IMG/VR virus record: IMGVR_UViG_3300045996_004413
Direction: 5' to 3' (one strand)
Source: an uncultured virus (IMG/VR IMGVR_UViG_3300045996_004413)
Lineage: Duplodnaviria > Heunggongvirae > Uroviricota > Caudoviricetes
DNA length: 57,453 nt
The notes beneath the pieces were generated by a model that was not told the origin of the DNA, did not search any database, and saw only the letters and a list, made by a program, of their open reading frames with translations. A program made the position numbers and the translations under genes. Within the stretch, counting starts at the first letter, position 1; each line of letters opens with the position of its first letter. This document shows positions 54,554 through 57,453 of the stretch, piece after piece.

Positions 54554-56130
54554 TGGCTCTGCCTTATGAAACTGATGACGTGGTAGAACGCGGACGGGCG
54601 GTCCTTTCGACGCTGGGTTCGTTCTGGCTGTCGCTGCACCGCGACAAGGCCATGTTCAAGCAGTACGGCATCGGCCTGAGCTGGCTGCTCGCACAGCGGC
54701 TCGCCGACATGCTCTACACGCTGCAGTCGCTCAACCGCCATACCTTGCCGGCCCTCAAGCCCCAGACGTGGAAACGCATCTCGTTCCGGGAATCGACCTT
54801 CACCACGTCACAGGCAAGCTCCGTGAAATACGGCCAGGGTATCTACTACGGCGAGGGCTCGGGGGCGGTGACCATTTACCTGTTCGGCGGCGGAAGCGGC
54901 TCGCCGATCAAGGGCACGGACATCCAGGTGGAGCTCGAGCAGGTCGCCACGCTGACCAACACCCCCATCGCTGCCTCCATGTGCCTGGTCTACGGGACCG
55001 ACTTCTGGATCGAAAACGGCGGCCTGTTCTTCCGCGCAAACCCCTTCGATAACCCCGCCGCCCCGGTCGTCGAGATCTACGACACGGCTGGAACCCTCGT
55101 CGACCGCGAGATCACGCTCTGGGGCTTTAACGCACAGCTCAACATCCAGGCCATGAGCGACCATTTTGGCACCATCATCGGCGTCACCGGCGGCAACGGA
55201 GACGAGTACAACACCCTGATCAACGCCGCGTTCGACGCTCTCATGGACGGGCCTTCCACGGCAAGTTTCGTCGACATGGTGGCCTCGGTCTTCGGTGTGC
55301 CTTTTACGAGGACCGACGGGGAAGTGGTGCAGGACAGCACCATCGCCGGCGACGAGCTTGTCATCGCCACGGATAAAAACGTCTACTGTTTTAACAAAGC
55401 GGCGACATCCCTGGTCACCGTCGGCCAGGTACTGGACAAGGGCCAGGCCCTCACGGACGCCGTGCAGATCCTGACCACCCCCCGGGAGCTGGCGAACCTC
55501 GATGGGCTCACGATCGATAACCGCCTGGCCTCCTCGCTGGGATCGCACGCGATCGCTTTCCCCAACGCCGATTACCCCATCACGATCACCACCCAGTACG
55601 CCAAGACCAAGGTCTCGACGACCCTGCTCGGCAACCCTGCGGTCATTCGAAAATTCTGGACAGATGCCCACGTCCGAGGGGTGGCAGCAGGTACCACGCT
55701 GGCCGACGCGCTGGACCAGCGGACAGACCCGGAAACCGAACCGGGCGTGGCGGATCTGCCGCCCACCCTGAACCCCCTCACCCTGCTGCTGCAGGAACTC
55801 GGTCATTCCCTGCTTGTGGTCAAGGTCAAAATGGCAGCAGTGGGAGATCGCCGCCCCAACGCCGCCCTCGGAGATCTTCTTCACCGGGTGCTCCCCTCTC
55901 GCTACATAACTCTGCTCATCATTGAGCACCCTGCGTTTGAAGAGTATATTGAATTGAGCGACCAATTTTCAGCAAGCCTTCCCGGCGGCACCGACAGCGC
56001 AGACGCTGGCATCGTTGCCGGGGATGGCTTCACCGAAAGCCTGCCGATCCTCGGCTCTCTTGTCGGCACCGATGCCGGCGTCGAGGACGTCGGTCCTGTT
56101 GCGTGGATTTCTGGTAACCCGTGCCCGTAA
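54553..56130 (+). CDS. Putative baseplate wedge protein (gpI/gp7-like, 525 aa)
   Basis: Follows baseplate J; HFGTIIGV...EYNTLINAAFDALMDGPS and LHRVLPS motifs typical of gpI-like proteins. Confidence 0.5.
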   Translation: MALPYETDDVVERGRAVLSTLGSFWLSLHRDKAMFKQYGIGLSWLLAQRLADMLYTLQSLNRHTLPALKPQTWKRISFRESTFTTSQASSVKYGQGIYYGEGSGAVTIYLFGGGSGSPIKGTDIQVELEQVATLTNTPIAASMCLVYGTDFWIENGGLFFRANPFDNPAAPVVEIYDTAGTLVDREITLWGFNAQLNIQAMSDHFGTIIGVTGGNGDEYNTLINAAFDALMDGPSTASFVDMVASVFGVPFTRTDGEVVQDSTIAGDELVIATDKNVYCFNKAATSLVTVGQVLDKGQALTDAVQILTTPRELANLDGLTIDNRLASSLGSHAIAFPNADYPITITTQYAKTKVSTTLLGNPAVIRKFWTDAHVRGVAAGTTLADALDQRTDPETEPGVADLPPTLNPLTLLLQELGHSLLVVKVKMAAVGDRRPNAALGDLLHRVLPSRYITLLIIEHPAFEEYIELSDQFSASLPGGTDSADAGIVAGDGFTESLPILGSLVGTDAGVEDVGPVAWISGNPCP

Positions 56131-56138
56131 GGACTCTT

Positions 56139-56726
56139 ATGCGAACCGCCAAACTCCCCTTCTCGGCAATGCGAGGCCGGTTGTCTGCATGCCTGCACCG
56201 GCCGGGTGACCCGCTCCCCCCGCTCCCCCAGGCCTGGGACAAGAACACGCTGCAGTTTGGTCTGGCCGACGCCTTTGGGCTGCTCCTCTCCGGAGGCCTG
56301 ACCAGCGCCCGGCTCGGCATGTACATCCAGTACTGCAACAACATGGGCAGCTGGACGACCCCGACTGGCTATGGCCGCAGCGGCAAGACGTATTTCCACA
56401 CGCTCGCCGACGGCATCAGCGACATCATCCGGGTCCCGCTTGTTATCGCCCCCGCCTCGGCCGCAAGCAGCGACGTGTACGAATTCAACAGCACCACGTT
56501 CCTCGCGCAAAGCGCCGGCGCCAACGGGGCCGCAGGCCTCATTCAACCCGCGGTGACCTTCCAGCGCAGCGTGAGCACGATCGTGGGCGGTGGGCTTATC
56601 GCGATGCCCACCCCGGACGACTACACCAAGGACATCGTGCTCACCCGTGGTTACCTCTCCGACACGCTGCTGCGTCCGGCGAGCCCCTTTGAAGTTCTGA
56701 TGCGGTGGCAAATCATCGTTGGCTAG
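56139..56726 (+). CDS. Hypothetical baseplate / tail-fibre attachment protein (195 aa)
   Basis: Start moved to ATG 56139 (AAGGA SD); ends in the beta strand FEVLMRWQIIVG. Confidence 0.6.
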   Translation: MRTAKLPFSAMRGRLSACLHRPGDPLPPLPQAWDKNTLQFGLADAFGLLLSGGLTSARLGMYIQYCNNMGSWTTPTGYGRSGKTYFHTLADGISDIIRVPLVIAPASAASSDVYEFNSTTFLAQSAGANGAAGLIQPAVTFQRSVSTIVGGGLIAMPTPDDYTKDIVLTRGYLSDTLLRPASPFEVLMRWQIIVG

Positions 56727-56734
56727 GAGTCGGT

Positions 56735-57453
56735 ATGAACGAGAACTTGAAAACCTCCCTGGCAACGGCGGCCGTCGCTGAATTGCTTGGCCACAAGGCC
56801 GCTGGCACCAACGTCAGCTTCCCCGCAGGCCTGATCAACGAATACGTGCCGCTGGTGCACCGCCGGGAGTTCACGCCCGCGGAAGAAACGGAAGTGGCAG
56901 CAGGGGAAAGCCAGTTCATTCCCCAGCTGATCACCACCGACTCCACCCGCATCCCCAAGCTGCTTAGCAGCCCCCGCAAGGGTGGACTTGCCGCAGGTAT
57001 TGCGGGGGGCGGCCTGGGCGCAGCAGCGGGCGGTGCCATCGGCTACGGCGCTGGCGGGGTGCCCGGAGCGGTCATTGGCGGTGTTGCTGGTGGGGCGCTT
57101 GGCGGGGGCATTGCGGGCGTTCGCCAGTACCTCAAGCGGCTGCGCCACAACGAGTACACCAAGGAGATGATGCGGCGGTTGCCCGAGGGTGCCACCAAGC
57201 GGGACCTTGATCTCGAGATCCTGATCGGTGGCGCGCTCAAGAACAACTTTGAGAAGATGGGCGCCAAGGCCGAATCTGTCGCCGCTCTCTCGGGCCGGCT
57301 GCAGCTTTCTTCCAGCGGGTGGCTCTTACTCAACGTGCCCAACGCGATCGTCAACGGCCTGTTCCAGGCGATCAACGAGCATGGCGTCGAGATGCCCCCG
57401 GCCCGCGCCGCCAACGGCGTCTACCAGGCTCACATCAGCGTCATGCACCGTAC
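56735..57453 (+). CDS. Partial CDS (runs off the window): glycine-zipper protein with possible 2H phosphoesterase domain
   Basis: AGGAG SD; open frame MNENLKTSLATAAVAELLGHKAAG...GGLGAAAGGAIGYGAGG...SGWLLLNVP...YQAHISVMHR; missing from the ORF track because it has no stop. Confidence 0.75.
   Translation, partial: MNENLKTSLATAAVAELLGHKAAGTNVSFPAGLINEYVPLVHRREFTPAEETEVAAGESQFIPQLITTDSTRIPKLLSSPRKGGLAAGIAGGGLGAAAGGAIGYGAGGVPGAVIGGVAGGALGGGIAGVRQYLKRLRHNEYTKEMMRRLPEGATKRDLDLEILIGGALKNNFEKMGAKAESVAALSGRLQLSSSGWLLLNVPNAIVNGLFQAINEHGVEMPPARAANGVYQAHISVMHR

Larger units (their letters stand above)
1..57453 (+). mobile_element. Segment of a large myovirus-like phage genome (head, neck, tail and baseplate modules plus phage RNA polymerase)
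   Basis: Co-directional, tightly packed genes in typical portal-protease-scaffold-capsid-neck-sheath-tube-chaperone-tape measure-baseplate order. No host genes, integrase or att site seen, so free phage versus prophage cannot be decided. Confidence 0.93.

Noticed and set aside
1..57453. Stop-codon reassignment, as seen in some large phages
   Set aside because: TAA, TAG and TGA all end genes at sensible junctions, and coding density is high under the standard bacterial code.
1..57453. Naming a host taxon or phage family
   Set aside because: Not supportable from sequence alone; only high GC and a possible lipoprotein/spanin hint at a diderm host. Terminase, endolysin and tail fibres were not recognised here.

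Overview
This window is a GC-rich, almost entirely + strand segment of a large contractile-tailed (myovirus-type) phage genome, with no host housekeeping genes. It covers the virion morphogenesis region. Putative genes, in order: Tad1/Acb2-like anti-defence gene, portal, a small membrane (lysis-like) cassette, many Gly/Ala/Pro-rich internal-head-like proteins, prohead protease, scaffold, decoration protein, major capsid protein, neck proteins, an inverted endonuclease VII gene, tail sheath, tube, spike/hub, tail chaperones with a -1 frameshift site, tape measure and baseplate genes. The standout is a two-barrel multisubunit RNA polymerase embedded in the head module and built in an unusual way. 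The whole beta subunit is fused to the N-terminal half of beta-prime (1471 aa, includes NADFDGD), and the beta-prime C-terminal half is a separate gene. Both chains have no cysteine and have lost both zinc sites. A divergent sigma-70-family gene sits among the baseplate genes. Many head-module proteins carry a recurring K-x-A motif, and several are Cys-free glycine-zipper proteins; two of them also carry a possible enzyme domain (zincin, 2H phosphoesterase). My inference is a protease-matured, virion-packaged, co-ejected transcription, membrane and anti-defence cargo system. All calls come from motif recognition by eye; no database searches were run.
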